Shown piece after piece: positions 1 through 10,597 of a stretch of DNA of 64,000 nt (the stretch's first letter is position 1; each line of letters begins with the position of its first letter). The notes under the pieces were generated by a model. It ran no database searches, was not told the DNA's origin, and was given only the letters and a program-made list of their open reading frames with translations. Location of the stretch: the IMG/VR virus record IMGVR_UViG_3300021255_002417, positions 1 through 64,000 of that record. One strand, 5' to 3'. The translations under genes were made by a program, and so were the position numbers. The stretch comes from a virus (Duplodnaviria; Caudoviricetes).

Positions 1-1166
1 TGACCAATCTGTTTATAAACCTTTAATATATCACCATATAATTTAAAATCAAATGGCATTCCCATTGTAGTTAACCATTCACGTAAAGTGTAAAGTCTAT
101 TCTCTTTATAATGTAATACACTTTCCATTGTTCTGTGCATACATGCTGGCATAATATCATCTTTTATAACATTTAATTCTTCATGCCAAAAATTTTTATT
201 TTGACTTCTTTTGTTATAGATTATATTTATATAATCACTAATTCGCTTTTTAAAGCTTTCACTGTATTGTGAATTATTTACAATATACTTTTCAAAGTCT
301 CTTAATTTATTATCTCTGTATAAAACATCTAGCACATGTGCTGAAGTTAATATTTTTCTAAATGAGTCACTTTCATTATTAATAAGATAATCATACAATG
401 CTTGTCTAACTGGTTTAAGTTTAAGTGTAACATTCATTGTATCATTATCATTTTTTGGTATTCTATTTAATAGTTCTTCTACTGAAATTTGCTTATTTTC
501 AAATTGAAGCTCAGGAACACCTTTTATATTATCATCTCTTTTAAAGAAATATACAAATGTCCGTGGTCTATTTTGACAATTATCATGCAGCATTGTATTA
601 GTCTTATAATATGCCACAGAATAATTATTATCTCTTGCTATAGATTCTAATTCATCACGAACACATTTACCTTTATCAGCTAATAATGTTGGAGCATTTT
701 CAAAAATATATACTTTTGGTTTAATTACACTTAATGTATAATTTGCCAAAAATAACATATTATAATTTTTAGACATTAGAGCATCTTTTGAAGATGCAAT
801 TGTTGAATTAGAAAGTCCTGAGCACACGGGCAATGCAACAACTAAATCAATACCATTATAATCAGGTTTAACCTGTTTATCTTTACTTTCTAATATTTTA
901 ATATTTGTATTTTTATAATCTGATTGAAATGGGTCTTTGTCAAATTTATAATATGGTACTGATCTATTATGCTTTTTTAAGTATTGTAAAAGATGATATT
1001 CATTATGTGCAGAAATCACTTTATCATTTTTTAATTTTGCTTTATCATTTCCATGAAATGAAATAATACATTCAGCAGAATGACCTACTGCATTTTCAGT
1101 TGCAAAATATAGGCCCCCTGTTAATGGCTGAAGTGCAATCCATTTAATATTTTCGTTCAAAATCAT
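1..1166 (-). CDS. Phage-type C5-cytosine DNA methyltransferase, 3' end runs off the window (not in ORF track)
   Basis: Hand translation from ATG at 1166: MILNENIKWIALQPLTGG..., motif IV LPVCSG, motif VI FENAP, motif VIII QNRPRTF, motif X-like YTLREWLTTMGMPFDFKLYGDILKVYKQIG; frame open to position 3. Confidence 0.85.
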   Translation of the reverse strand, partial: MILNENIKWIALQPLTGGLYFATENAVGHSAECIISFHGNDKAKLKNDKVISAHNEYHLLQYLKKHNRSVPYYKFDKDPFQSDYKNTNIKILESKDKQVKPDYNGIDLVVALPVCSGLSNSTIASSKDALMSKNYNMLFLANYTLSVIKPKVYIFENAPTLLADKGKCVRDELESIARDNNYSVAYYKTNTMLHDNCQNRPRTFVYFFKRDDNIKGVPELQFENKQISVEELLNRIPKNDNDTMNVTLKLKPVRQALYDYLINNESDSFRKILTSAHVLDVLYRDNKLRDFEKYIVNNSQYSESFKKRISDYINIIYNKRSQNKNFWHEELNVIKDDIMPACMHRTMESVLHYKENRLYTLREWLTTMGMPFDFKLYGDILKVYKQIG

Positions 1167-1171
1167 ATTCC

Positions 1172-1753
1172 TTATTTATTTGTGATAAAAGATAATACTT
1201 CATTATAGATGTCGTTTTTATCTCTAAATATATTACCATTATTTACATATATCTTTTTCTTATTTTCAATTTTAGACAAATTAAAAATATCATCAAATGA
1301 ATTTACTTCATCTTGAATATCAGACCATTTATTTGACAAAGATTTCCCATCATCATTATTTACAAGTAAATCAATATTTGAACTTGTAAGTAATATAAAG
1401 TATAAATCTTTGCTAAAGATAAAAGTTCTTAATTGACCTAATTCAAGCTTATGAATCAAGCTTACAATATCAGCTTTAAGCTCATTTCTATATTTTGGAC
1501 CATATACATATTCACCATACATTGAACGATTATGTATAACAAGATCTAATGTTTCATCATAATAACCATCGAGTGTATCATGAATTAAACCATTATAATA
1601 AAAGCTAAAAAGATCTTTACTCTTTGGCACTCCAGCATGAATAACTTTTATATTACTATATAATGAGTTTAGCTTTTCAATAAGACTATCTTTACCTACA
1701 TTATCAGGACCTTCTATAATTAAAACCTTTGGTGTATGTGATGCTGTATACAT
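1172..1753 (-). CDS. Thymidylate/dNMP kinase-like P-loop protein
   Basis: IIEGPDNVGKD Walker A and HNRSMYGEYVYG (DR-like motif of TMP kinases). Confidence 0.75.
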   Translation of the reverse strand: MYTASHTPKVLIIEGPDNVGKDSLIEKLNSLYSNIKVIHAGVPKSKDLFSFYYNGLIHDTLDGYYDETLDLVIHNRSMYGEYVYGPKYRNELKADIVSLIHKLELGQLRTFIFSKDLYFILLTSSNIDLLVNNDDGKSLSNKWSDIQDEVNSFDDIFNLSKIENKKKIYVNNGNIFRDKNDIYNEVLSFITNK

Positions 1754-1810
1754 AATTACTCCAAAATAAATTATGCTATAATAAATTACTTTAAATTATA
1801 TACAAATAAA

Positions 1811-1833
1811 CCCCTATGCTATTAACATAGGGG
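1811..1833. terminator. Intrinsic terminator hairpin
   Basis: CCCCTATG-N7-CATAGGGG with adjacent A/T tract, directly after the stop of 1848..2222. Confidence 0.7.
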
Positions 1834-1847
1834 AGCTAATTTATTTA

Positions 1848-2222
1848 CTATTTATTGACATTGAAAAAATAATCTACAAATATATTTCTGCAATCTAAAA
1901 CAGTCATACTAAACAATGTTTCAACAATAAGATTTTCTAATTCATCATCATCCATTTCAAGGATTTCTTGCTTGTATATATGTTCTTCTTTTAAGAAATT
2001 CATCGCCTCATGTATCTGATATGATAGTATATTTAGTAAATACTGATATTGCTCATCAATGTCAGCGATCTGATTATCATTCATTTGTCTAGTTGAACGA
2101 CAGCCATTTAACTGAGCTGCATAATCAGACAATTTAATACATAACCATGTGCCTAATTTAGAGAAATATGGTAGATTTTCTAATACAGATTGGATTTGTT
2201 TATCCAACTGCTGAGCGTCCAT
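1848..2222 (-). CDS. Hypothetical protein
   Basis: 124-aa ORF, co-oriented, AAAGG RBS. Confidence 0.7.
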   Translation of the reverse strand: MDAQQLDKQIQSVLENLPYFSKLGTWLCIKLSDYAAQLNGCRSTRQMNDNQIADIDEQYQYLLNILSYQIHEAMNFLKEEHIYKQEILEMDDDELENLIVETLFSMTVLDCRNIFVDYFFNVNK

Positions 2223-2278
2223 CTTTTTACCTTTAAATTAATATGTCAATAAATATTATAGAATTATAATCTACAAAG

Positions 2279-2557
2279 CTACGTAGTATTAGATATTAAT
2301 TTTCTATTATACTCTTGTAAATTTATTCCTGCAATATCAGCACGTTTTTCAAGACACATTTTATAAGATTCCATTGCATCTCGCTGTTTTAACATTAAAG
2401 CTTTTATACGATCATCAATTACAGAATATGTATCTGATGTATTATTAAGTACATCATCTAATTTCGATAATCGAATTATCAGCTGAATATATTCAGCAAC
2501 AAAACGGTCTTTCCAATCATTACTACACATCAAGTTTATAGTTTCAACAAGTTTCAT
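2279..2557 (-). CDS. Conserved phage protein (crAss001_48-like family)
   Basis: LVETINLMCSNDWKDRFVAEYIQLIIRLSKL resembles a widespread phage family. Confidence 0.55.
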   Translation of the reverse strand: MKLVETINLMCSNDWKDRFVAEYIQLIIRLSKLDDVLNNTSDTYSVIDDRIKALMLKQRDAMESYKMCLEKRADIAGINLQEYNRKLISNTT

Positions 2558-2568
2558 TATAAGCCTCT

Positions 2569-3108
2569 TTACTTTGTACCACTCGAACCAAACCCCTTTT
2601 CACCACGCGATGTATTATCCACACACTTAGAGAATTCATCATTAGAAATTTCTTTCCATGTTGGATAAATAATCGGTAAATTCATAAGCTGTGTGATCTT
2701 ATCTCCAGTAGTAATTGTAACAGGCTCAGATCCTGTATTATATAAATTTATATGTATCTCACCATGATAATCAGCATCTATAAGTTCAGCAAGATGATTA
2801 AGTCCTTTTTTAGAAGCTACACCCGATTTATTTGCTACTAATAAACAAGTATCTTTATTCTCCATGTCTACTTTAATGCCAGATGGAATATTTATTCTAC
2901 CATGTGGTGCAATTGTAATTGTCATACTATCTAAAGATGGCGCTACAGATAATTCATAATCACTGCTATTTAAATTTTTAGCTACCAAATCATTACGAAA
3001 TGAACTACTATAGTCTGGAATAAAAATATCTGTACCAGCTGGATAACTATATGACTGCTGTGGCGACTTAACATTTCTTACTTTTGTAAATGTAATTTTA
3101 TTCATCAT
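2569..3108 (-). CDS. dut: Trimeric dUTPase
   Basis: Motifs ANKSG, LIDADYHGEI, GDKITQL, RGEKGFGSSG. Confidence 0.92.
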   Translation of the reverse strand: MMNKITFTKVRNVKSPQQSYSYPAGTDIFIPDYSSSFRNDLVAKNLNSSDYELSVAPSLDSMTITIAPHGRINIPSGIKVDMENKDTCLLVANKSGVASKKGLNHLAELIDADYHGEIHINLYNTGSEPVTITTGDKITQLMNLPIIYPTWKEISNDEFSKCVDNTSRGEKGFGSSGTK

Positions 3109-3121
3109 TATTCTATACCCT

Positions 3122-3649
3122 TTAAACTAAACCAGCAAATTGTGTTTCATCACGGCCAATTGCAAATAGGTTTGCAACAGATTTATTATATTTAATAATA
3201 CCAGCATTCTTATCAGCAATCATTAATACAATATCACTCTTTGGAATTACAATATAATAATTATTTAAATTTCCATCTGATTGTTTTACATTGTCTGCAT
3301 GTTCAAGAATATAATTCAACAATTGCATACCATCTACTATATACAAACAATCTGATACTTCATCAACAAATACATATGTATTACCAATATAACAACCCAA
3401 CTTATTCTTATTTACAGCAATAGAAAAGTTCGATGATCGATAATACTTTGATGAATTGCGTTTTATATTAAGACCTTTTCTTGTACCATTTCCATAACAA
3501 ATAATACTTGAATTTGTGCAATCCAAATCATGTGCAGATGATTTCATAAATTGAATGCCTGACTTTTTATACTTTTTATTAAGTAGCATTTCAACAATTG
3601 GTTCATCAACAAGCTTAGTACGATTTATAATACCATTATCTTTAAACAT
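3122..3649 (-). CDS. Hypothetical protein, possibly PD-(D/E)XK-like
   Basis: 175-aa ORF with GGAGG RBS; the nuclease resemblance is weak. Confidence 0.5.
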   Translation of the reverse strand: MFKDNGIINRTKLVDEPIVEMLLNKKYKKSGIQFMKSSAHDLDCTNSSIICYGNGTRKGLNIKRNSSKYYRSSNFSIAVNKNKLGCYIGNTYVFVDEVSDCLYIVDGMQLLNYILEHADNVKQSDGNLNNYYIVIPKSDIVLMIADKNAGIIKYNKSVANLFAIGRDETQFAGLV

Positions 3650-3672
3650 ATTAAACCTCCATATTAAACCAT

Positions 3673-4230
3673 TTAATTAGCGGTTACAAATTTGTTAGAC
3701 ACAACAACACGTGGGTATAATGATTTACCATTATGCTTTGGTGCATAAAGAATACGGTGTACATTAAATCTATTTATATTCTTATATTCGAGAACCGTCG
3801 GTGGTACAGCCATTAAACCTTCATAATCAACAGGAATATCTTTTAACTTGTCAATATTAATAATACCTGGATGATTGTCAAGAAATGAATATATAAATTC
3901 ATTACCAATATATTTTTCAATAAAAGACTGATTAATTGCTACGCTTGGTCTTTTTGTCGTAAATGTAGTTATAAACTTTATAGAGTTTTCAATAAACACT
4001 TTACCACTTTTAATAAGATTAAACATCTCATCTTTTAGAGCATAATCAAGCGGCAATTGTATTTTAGCATCTCTACCAAGATTTACTTGTTTAATAAATG
4101 CACTATACTTATTGTCCTCAATTTCAGAATGTGATGAAGTTTTCACACATGGAGTTACCATAGCTTTTAAAATGCTATCGACTAATTCTTTTTTCGCAGT
4201 TGCTTCAAGACTCATTTTTAAATCTCCCAT
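3673..4230 (-). CDS. Internally deleted paralog of an EcoRI-family adenine methyltransferase lacking NPPF
   Basis: INIDKLKDIPVDYEGLMAVPPTVLEY and LYPRVVV match the C-terminus of 19503..20399 (AINCNKATDIPIDYNEYIGVPVTYL, LYARLVI). Confidence 0.6.
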   Translation of the reverse strand: MGDLKMSLEATAKKELVDSILKAMVTPCVKTSSHSEIEDNKYSAFIKQVNLGRDAKIQLPLDYALKDEMFNLIKSGKVFIENSIKFITTFTTKRPSVAINQSFIEKYIGNEFIYSFLDNHPGIINIDKLKDIPVDYEGLMAVPPTVLEYKNINRFNVHRILYAPKHNGKSLYPRVVVSNKFVTAN

Positions 4231-4295
4231 AATATGCGAGATGAACCATTACATCTCACATGTGATAATATACACAATAAATTAATAATTTTTAA

Positions 4296-5069
4296 TTATG
4301 AACCCAATGAACCATGATATGTACATGTGCCATTACGATTTTCATATAAGTCATCCCACAAAGCATCCCAATTAAATGAATTTACAGCATCAGCATTCGC
4401 AAAGTCAACTGTTCTCGAATAATTCGAATATCGTGCACCATATACATTATCAGTCATAGTATATTTATGTGGAATAACAGCTGTAAGTTTACCATTACAA
4501 AATGACAGATTTACATTATAATCTTTAATTGGAATTATTCCACTAAACCCAATTTTTGTCTTTTTAATATCAGCACAATTAATTGCATTCGCAACAATGT
4601 CAACCATAGGATCAACATCAGCAAAGAATAATTTAACACTATCGCCAAGCGTTCTAGCAAACATCATTGCTTTTGTACCAAGCATAAATAGAGTTCTATT
4701 CTCATCTTGAGCCATATAACCCATTGCGCATGTTATATTTGCATTTGGATGTACATCAGATAACAATATATCATTGTTATAAAATTTAATATTCCAAACA
4801 ATCGCATAGTCATGTCCACTTTCAACAAAACAATTAAGTGGACAATTTACAATAAGATCTTTTAAATTAAATTTCCATACAGAGGCTATAATTTTATTAT
4901 TATCTTTTGTAATTATTGAAGAATAATCACTATATGCAAGTTCAACATCTTTTGGACATTTATCAAGAATAGCTTGCGTAATTTTTGTAAGTATATTTTT
5001 TGGAGATTCAATATTACCATTTACCATATTAATGGTAAATTTATTGCTTTCAAAAGAAATTATACTCAT
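4296..5069 (-). CDS. Hypothetical protein
   Basis: 257-aa ORF with GGAGA RBS. Confidence 0.7.
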   Translation of the reverse strand: MSIISFESNKFTINMVNGNIESPKNILTKITQAILDKCPKDVELAYSDYSSIITKDNNKIIASVWKFNLKDLIVNCPLNCFVESGHDYAIVWNIKFYNNDILLSDVHPNANITCAMGYMAQDENRTLFMLGTKAMMFARTLGDSVKLFFADVDPMVDIVANAINCADIKKTKIGFSGIIPIKDYNVNLSFCNGKLTAVIPHKYTMTDNVYGARYSNYSRTVDFANADAVNSFNWDALWDDLYENRNGTCTYHGSLGS

Positions 5070-5072
5070 TGT

Positions 5073-5435
5073 CTATTCTCCAAAGCTAGAAATTGGTTTT
5101 GATGTATGTTCAGCAAACTTTAAATATGCACCATTAGGATTTGGCACAAATGTTGGAATTGGCACTTCAGACACTTCAACAGCAATACAACGTGGTAAAT
5201 GTGCTAACAGCCAGGGATTTCTACCAAAATAAACTTCATCAGTATGACAAACACCAATAACACCAACATACCCATCTTCACATTTATATACATTCATTGA
5301 AGTAGAATATGATTCATCAAATGACCACGTTTCACCAACACGAGATTTTACAAGTTCAACATCAGTTTCAGGTACATCAGAAAATTCTTCACAATAAGAA
5401 GAGTTTACAAGACTAATAAAATCTTTAACCTTCAT
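5073..5435 (-). CDS. Hypothetical protein, paralog of 27399..27695
   Basis: Shared MKVxDxI start and NVYKC(E/D)DGYVG(V/I)xG(V/I) motif. Confidence 0.7.
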   Translation of the reverse strand: MKVKDFISLVNSSYCEEFSDVPETDVELVKSRVGETWSFDESYSTSMNVYKCEDGYVGVIGVCHTDEVYFGRNPWLLAHLPRCIAVEVSEVPIPTFVPNPNGAYLKFAEHTSKPISSFGE

Positions 5436-5452
5436 TGTGCACCCTCCAATGA

Positions 5453-5857
5453 TTATTCAAAGCAAGTATATTTACCATTTGCTTTTACAATGCGACCATC
5501 TCCAATTCCTGAACGTACAATCTGTGCAGCATATTTCGGCATACGCCATTGCAGTTCATAAATATCATCAGATGATAGCTTTTCGTGATCACAAATACGT
5601 TTCGCAGTTTGACTAAGGAATTTTGCATCAGACTTATTAAAACCACGTTTATTGCTATAAACAGTGCATTCTGCAGCTACTTCATCAGACAGCTGATTTT
5701 TAAATACAATCATTAAACCTTTAACAGCAAACTTTGAGTCATTACCAAGTCTCTCGCGATACATATCAACGAGGACAGCTCTTGATTTAATGTTTTGATT
5801 CATAATTGTCATATCACAGTCTCCATTTGGTTTAATGGATGAAGCCATTTCATCCAT
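5453..5857 (-). CDS. Conserved phage hypothetical protein; true start probably near 5810, downstream of the leader hairpin
   Basis: KGLMIVFKNQLSDE...SNKRGFNKSDAKFLS resembles a widespread phage family; GGAGA RBS precedes MTIM. Confidence 0.6.
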   Translation of the reverse strand: MDEMASSIKPNGDCDMTIMNQNIKSRAVLVDMYRERLGNDSKFAVKGLMIVFKNQLSDEVAAECTVYSNKRGFNKSDAKFLSQTAKRICDHEKLSSDDIYELQWRMPKYAAQIVRSGIGDGRIVKANGKYTCFE

Positions 5858-6123
5858 TCATTTTATGAGCTTATTATGCCATAGTCTCATGAACTTGTCA
5901 ACCAATTTTTTAATCTGGTTGAAATTTTTTCAATTGACTGTCAACACTCAAATGGTCTGTTCAACCATTCGATAGGCATATAATACTGTGATTCAGCTAC
6001 CTTGTCAACTAAAAATTTCAAAAATTTTTGCATCATATTGTATCGAAATAAAGCCACTTTTGCATCAGTTTTGCATCAAAAACTAAAGCCAATTATTATA
6101 GCACAGAATTTCCAGCATGTCAA
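5834..6123 (-). promoter_or_regulatory. Array of three tandem sigma70-type promoters with leader hairpins
   Basis: Minus strand TTGACA-N17-CATAAT (5901/5878), -TATTAT (6008/5985), -TATAAT (6123/6100); hairpins at 5834-5860 and 5948-5973. Confidence 0.85.
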
Positions 6124-6131
6124 TAAAAAAA

Positions 6132-6158
6132 GAAGGGAAAATTTTTAGTTTTCCCTTC
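6132..6158. terminator. Intrinsic terminator
   Basis: GAAGGGAAAA...TTTTCCCTTC next to an A8 tract. Confidence 0.7.
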
Positions 6159-6285
6159 GTAATTATTACTTGTCTTTATGTTTATTTTTATAATATAAAA
6201 TTATTTGTTCTATAACTAAACAAACTGATAATATTAATATATATAATCCAATATATGATAATATAGATCTAACAAACATAAGTAG

Positions 6286-6693
6286 CTACTCTTTCTTTAG
6301 ATGATTATATTCTGGTTTATTAGTTAAATCTTTTTTAAGAGTATACAGCAATTCTTTTGACCATGATCTAAGTTCATTTAATCTTTGTGATATATAAGGC
6401 GCTTTTGATTCATCATTTGCGACTAATACTAAAAATGATTCACCTTTATTTAAAAGCATATTAAATACATCTTCATGTGGAATAGTTCTATTATTTTCAA
6501 CAACTAGTTCATTGTATTTTTTCAATGTATCAACAATTGACATACATAATAACAAAGCTGCTGCAGTTCTAAGCTCATGCTTACTATCAGCTTCCTTTAA
6601 CTTTTTATATATTTTTTCAATAAAAACAATCTCAAGCTCAGTATCATCAAGTTCTTTAAAAATATCTACAGTGTTTTCTGTGCTTTCACTCAT
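6286..6693 (-). CDS. Hypothetical protein
   Basis: 135-aa ORF, TAGGA RBS. Confidence 0.65.
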   Translation of the reverse strand: MSESTENTVDIFKELDDTELEIVFIEKIYKKLKEADSKHELRTAAALLLCMSIVDTLKKYNELVVENNRTIPHEDVFNMLLNKGESFLVLVANDESKAPYISQRLNELRSWSKELLYTLKKDLTNKPEYNHLKKE

Positions 6694-6720
6694 ACTAAAT
6701 CCTACTATATATTAAATATA

Positions 6721-7416
6721 TTAATTTATTTCTATGCCATTATTAAAAATATGCAATTTATTTGGAATAACTGAATTCCAATCCTCATCTGTTAGCTTTG
6801 TTGTTGAAACATGAATGCCACTATCTGTCTTTAAATAATAAAGACTATGTGCATTCATATAAACATACATATTATTTGTAAGACTATCTGTAAAGATTAG
6901 ATTTGTTTTACCTAATGTTGATAGTTCATGACATGTGTTTTCAATTACATGATACATACAATTGAAAAATTCATTATAATTTTCAAAATATGAATGCTCA
7001 TAAAATGAGTTAATTGCTTCAACAATACAGAGTAAAATACGCTCGCTGTCTGTTTCACCTTTTTGTAAAGTACCTAATGCAGCAACAGCAGGGCTATCAT
7101 CAATATAACCATTATGAATTAGTGACCACCTAATTCCTTTAACATCATATTTAATAAATGGGTGACAGTTTAATGCACTTGCAGGCCCATGTGTCTTAAA
7201 ACGAATATGACAAAGTGCAAGCTTTGATTCAAAATTAAATTTACCTAATCCCTTTATATAATTCATTGCAGAATTTGGATTTACATATAATAAATTACGA
7301 TCAGCAAGATAGTAACCAAACCCATCTTGGTGCACTCTTGAATGAAGCCAAAACTCATTAGTATAACGATTAAGTCTTGTAGGTTTATTTCCGCAAAATC
7401 CGTAAACTTCACACAT
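6721..7416 (-). CDS. Class II glutamine amidotransferase (Ntn hydrolase)
   Basis: N-terminal MCE nucleophile, HQDGFG, CHIRFKTHG, NCHPF, HNG, GETDSE. Confidence 0.9.
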   Translation of the reverse strand: MCEVYGFCGNKPTRLNRYTNEFWLHSRVHQDGFGYYLADRNLLYVNPNSAMNYIKGLGKFNFESKLALCHIRFKTHGPASALNCHPFIKYDVKGIRWSLIHNGYIDDSPAVAALGTLQKGETDSERILLCIVEAINSFYEHSYFENYNEFFNCMYHVIENTCHELSTLGKTNLIFTDSLTNNMYVYMNAHSLYYLKTDSGIHVSTTKLTDEDWNSVIPNKLHIFNNGIEIN

Positions 7417-7483
7417 TGCAATTTCTCCTGTGGGTTATTAGCAATAGACACAAACTATTGCTAAATATAGTATACACAAATTG

Positions 7484-8464
7484 TTAAATCGATTGAATCG
7501 ATCTTGATTTAAATTTTATTATTCTATCAATGAAAAAGTTTATAAGTGATGAGTCAAAATTGTAATTAAACAAAATATCAAAAATATTCATTTTCATAAT
7601 ATTTTTAACATATTGCATATTGTCAATATGATCTAACAAATCATATAATACATATGTTTGTAACTCTGCCCAATATAATATTGTTTGTAAATCTAATGTC
7701 CCTTCTAATTGCCTAAACTCAAAATGAAGTTTATTACATTCACCGTCATACGAAAATTCACAAAATCTTGAACTTAACTTCTGATATTTATTTCGTGGCC
7801 ATGGTTTAGTAGGATGACAATATTTATTGCGACGCCTTGATGTTGGTACAATTGGATCAAATACTGTTTTTTCCATAACAGAATATGCTGATAATAAATC
7901 ACATATACTACCACGGAAAATATTATTATGCTTAAAGCCAATATGAATATGTGTACCACATGATTTATTTACTTCTGCATGTAAATACTTTTTGCAATAT
8001 TCAATTACGGTTGTAATAGTTTTAATATCGTCTGCATTAAATAAATTAAGCTTTGGTGATGATAACTCATATCCAAATGGCTCTTTTAGAGATGAATCAT
8101 TTATATTTATTGAGCCATCCTTTCCAAGAATCCATGACGTGCCATCATTGTGCGTATATACTCCCGAACGAAAATATTTTTCTTTTAAAAGTCTAAACAT
8201 TTCTATATCAAATGCAGAAATGTCGTACTGGTCTTCACTTCCAACAAATTCAAATTCAATACCAAATGTAATATCAGGTAGTTTAATATCATGCAGAATA
8301 TGATAATCGATAGCTGATATTAATTTCTCATATAATGCACGAGACATTTTTGAATCGACACTTTGGTCTTTTAATTGTAATATTGCTGAAACTTTTGTTT
8401 CATTTTTTAGTGTTATTCCATATAGTGCTAATGATTTTGCATGTGACTCATTTATTGTTGGCAT
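7484..8464 (-). CDS. Putative amidoligase (COOH-NH2 ligase)
   Basis: TFGIEFEF, DGS, GYELSSP, NKSCGTHIHIG, EFRQLEGT. Confidence 0.88.
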   Translation of the reverse strand: MPTINESHAKSLALYGITLKNETKVSAILQLKDQSVDSKMSRALYEKLISAIDYHILHDIKLPDITFGIEFEFVGSEDQYDISAFDIEMFRLLKEKYFRSGVYTHNDGTSWILGKDGSININDSSLKEPFGYELSSPKLNLFNADDIKTITTVIEYCKKYLHAEVNKSCGTHIHIGFKHNNIFRGSICDLLSAYSVMEKTVFDPIVPTSRRRNKYCHPTKPWPRNKYQKLSSRFCEFSYDGECNKLHFEFRQLEGTLDLQTILYWAELQTYVLYDLLDHIDNMQYVKNIMKMNIFDILFNYNFDSSLINFFIDRIIKFKSRSIQSI

Positions 8465-8499
8465 ATAATATCTCCCTATATGAATTACACATAGTTAAA

Positions 8500-9898
8500 C
8501 TATCTTTCACATAAGATATGTAAATATTTTTGACCTTTAATTTCCATAACTAAATCATAAATCTCACTTTTTGATTTATTTATAACACGATTATTAAATA
8601 TCTCTCGTGCATCTTGCTCTATTGTATCTGTATAAATAATGTCATTTCTATTATCAAGTAAATATGCACCATCTACATTCTTTTTAATAACATGGTAAAC
8701 AATCATATCCTACTTCCTTTTACCATTATAATAAATGGCAACATTACTTGCTTCAGTTTCACAAAACTTATAGCTCGCATCATAATAGCCACGGCATTTC
8801 CATATCTGTGAGCATTTACCAGATTTTTTTGATGTAGACCTTGCAAGATTAGACGCATCGCGTTTTTGCGTTAAATAAAAATACTTATGTGAACAATGTG
8901 TACAATCAGCAGATTCCCAATATGTAACACCATATAATTCAACCATACCAGCCTCCAATATTAAACAACTTGTTTAATGCAAGGATCAAACCAAAATGAT
9001 TCTGTCGCTAAGTTATCTTCATGTTTAATTACAATAACTAACTTACGTGAAACTCCAGCATAACTAAAATATACATCTCTTATTGAGAATACTTTCGTGC
9101 GATTTCCAAGTTTAGAATTAATTAATTTATGAAAATATAATAATAATGAATTAGGCATTTTTGCCAAATTAAGTCTCATATTTTTATTACGATGATCCCA
9201 AAAGTCAAGATACCGTTTAAGACTTATAGCACGTGCATTAATAACGTCATTAATATTGGTTGTATAATAGTTATCATCTACACAATAAAATCTATTATAA
9301 TGTGCTACATTAGCAGATTTTAAATTAACTAATTGATCTACATCAAGATCTATAAAATATGCAGGATAATCTAAACCAATAAATTTTTCATGCTTACTTA
9401 TAAGCTTCACACGAACAGATACATTATCTGAAACTGTGCTTTTTAAATCTGTTGATCGATAAACGCCGTTTAATGTATAATTTACCATTGAAGAGCACGG
9501 CACTTCTTTAAATGACATCGCCTTATATGTGTTTATAACGTCATTGTAGCACTTTTGAATTTGCTGCATTGTATAACCCATATAAACCTCCATTACTTGA
9601 TATGGCCATAGGCTTCAATTTCCCAATCTTCACATGGTGTTGAAAATCTGAAGTGATTCCAAAATTCACTTGATTTAAATTGTTTCCACTTTGATTCATA
9701 GCCATTAACATGATATTTTATCTGATAGTGTTTCCAGTCTATTATAATAAAATTATGACTATTAACCTTTGTAAATGCTTCATTAATAACTTCACCATGA
9801 TAATAACGTTTATTACTAAGGGCTTTTGATACACCTAAAATAAAACGTCCTTTATCTTCGCCATAAACAGGATATACCGCATAATATTTACTTGTCAT
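8500..9898 (-). other. Block of four small hypothetical CDS (8500..8706, 8710..8958, 8961..9593, 9593..9898)
   Basis: Closely abutting co-oriented ORFs with GGAG-type RBSs downstream of the 9.9-kb promoter array. Confidence 0.65.
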
Positions 9899-9914
9899 AG
9901 TTACCTCTTAGTAG

Positions 9915-10079
9915 TTGAACAGGAACCATTCCCGTTCAATTTATGGTTTATTTATACCACACTTTTTTGAGCTTGTCAACCAATTTTTTAACCTGGTTGA
10001 AATTTTTTCAAAGAGTCTCAAACAAGCTTCACTGCTCATTTGATGGTCTAATAATAACAAAGTTTGGACTGTTTGTCAA
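9915..10079 (-). promoter_or_regulatory. Two tandem sigma70 promoters with leader hairpins
   Basis: TTGACA-N17-TATAAA (9979/9956) and -TATTAT (10079/10056); hairpin TTGAACGGGA-ATGGT-TCCTGTTCAA at 9915-9939. Confidence 0.85.
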
Positions 10080-10147
10080 CTGAAAAATTTCGAAAAATTT
10101 GCTAATTTTGTATATGAATTGTATCAGAAAATTTCTTTATTTTTCTA

Positions 10148-10176
10148 TTGACAATTTATTTCACTTATGCTATAAT
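10148..10176 (+). promoter_or_regulatory. Perfect-consensus rightward sigma70 promoter
   Basis: TTGACA-N17-TATAAT. Confidence 0.8.
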
Positions 10177-10238
10177 TATATATTTTAATTTTTAATGATT
10201 TACTTGTTAAGACTTTAATACAATAAAATATAAATAAA

Positions 10239-10264
10239 CCGTTATATACAATTGTATATAACGG
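10239..10264. terminator. Bidirectional terminator (perfect palindrome)
   Basis: CCGTTATATACAATTGTATATAACGG with A tract on the left and T tract on the right. Confidence 0.75.
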
Positions 10265-10273
10265 CATTTTATT

Positions 10274-10576
10274 TTATCTTCTAGGTCCATGATTATGATT
10301 GTGACCACCTGGTGGTGGAGGATGATGTCCAGGTCGAGGACCAATTGGTGACGGCCACATACGATGTGGTGGAGGTGGAATAGGCGTATAATTACGTCTT
10401 ACACGTACATATTCACATCTTGAATGCGGATATGGGAATAATACTGTATAACATCTTTCAACTACATAGTATTGGCCTGGTGGAGGCAGTGGCTGTGCTG
10501 AAGCTACAGATGGTAACACAATAAATACTAATAAAGCAAACATAATAGCAATAAAGTTTTTCATAGTAATCTCCAT
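10274..10576 (-). CDS. Secreted Pro/His-rich small protein
   Basis: Signal peptide ending ASA, then PPP and HHPPPPGGHNHNH repeats. Confidence 0.65.
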   Translation of the reverse strand: MEITMKNFIAIMFALLVFIVLPSVASAQPLPPPGQYYVVERCYTVLFPYPHSRCEYVRVRRNYTPIPPPPHRMWPSPIGPRPGHHPPPPGGHNHNHGPRR

Positions 10577-10597
10577 AAATGTTTTTAATACAAATTG

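Noticed and set aside
9949-9956. T4 late promoter TATAAATA in the proximal promoters
   Set aside because: Each has TTGACA at 17 bp, so a sigma70 reading is sufficient
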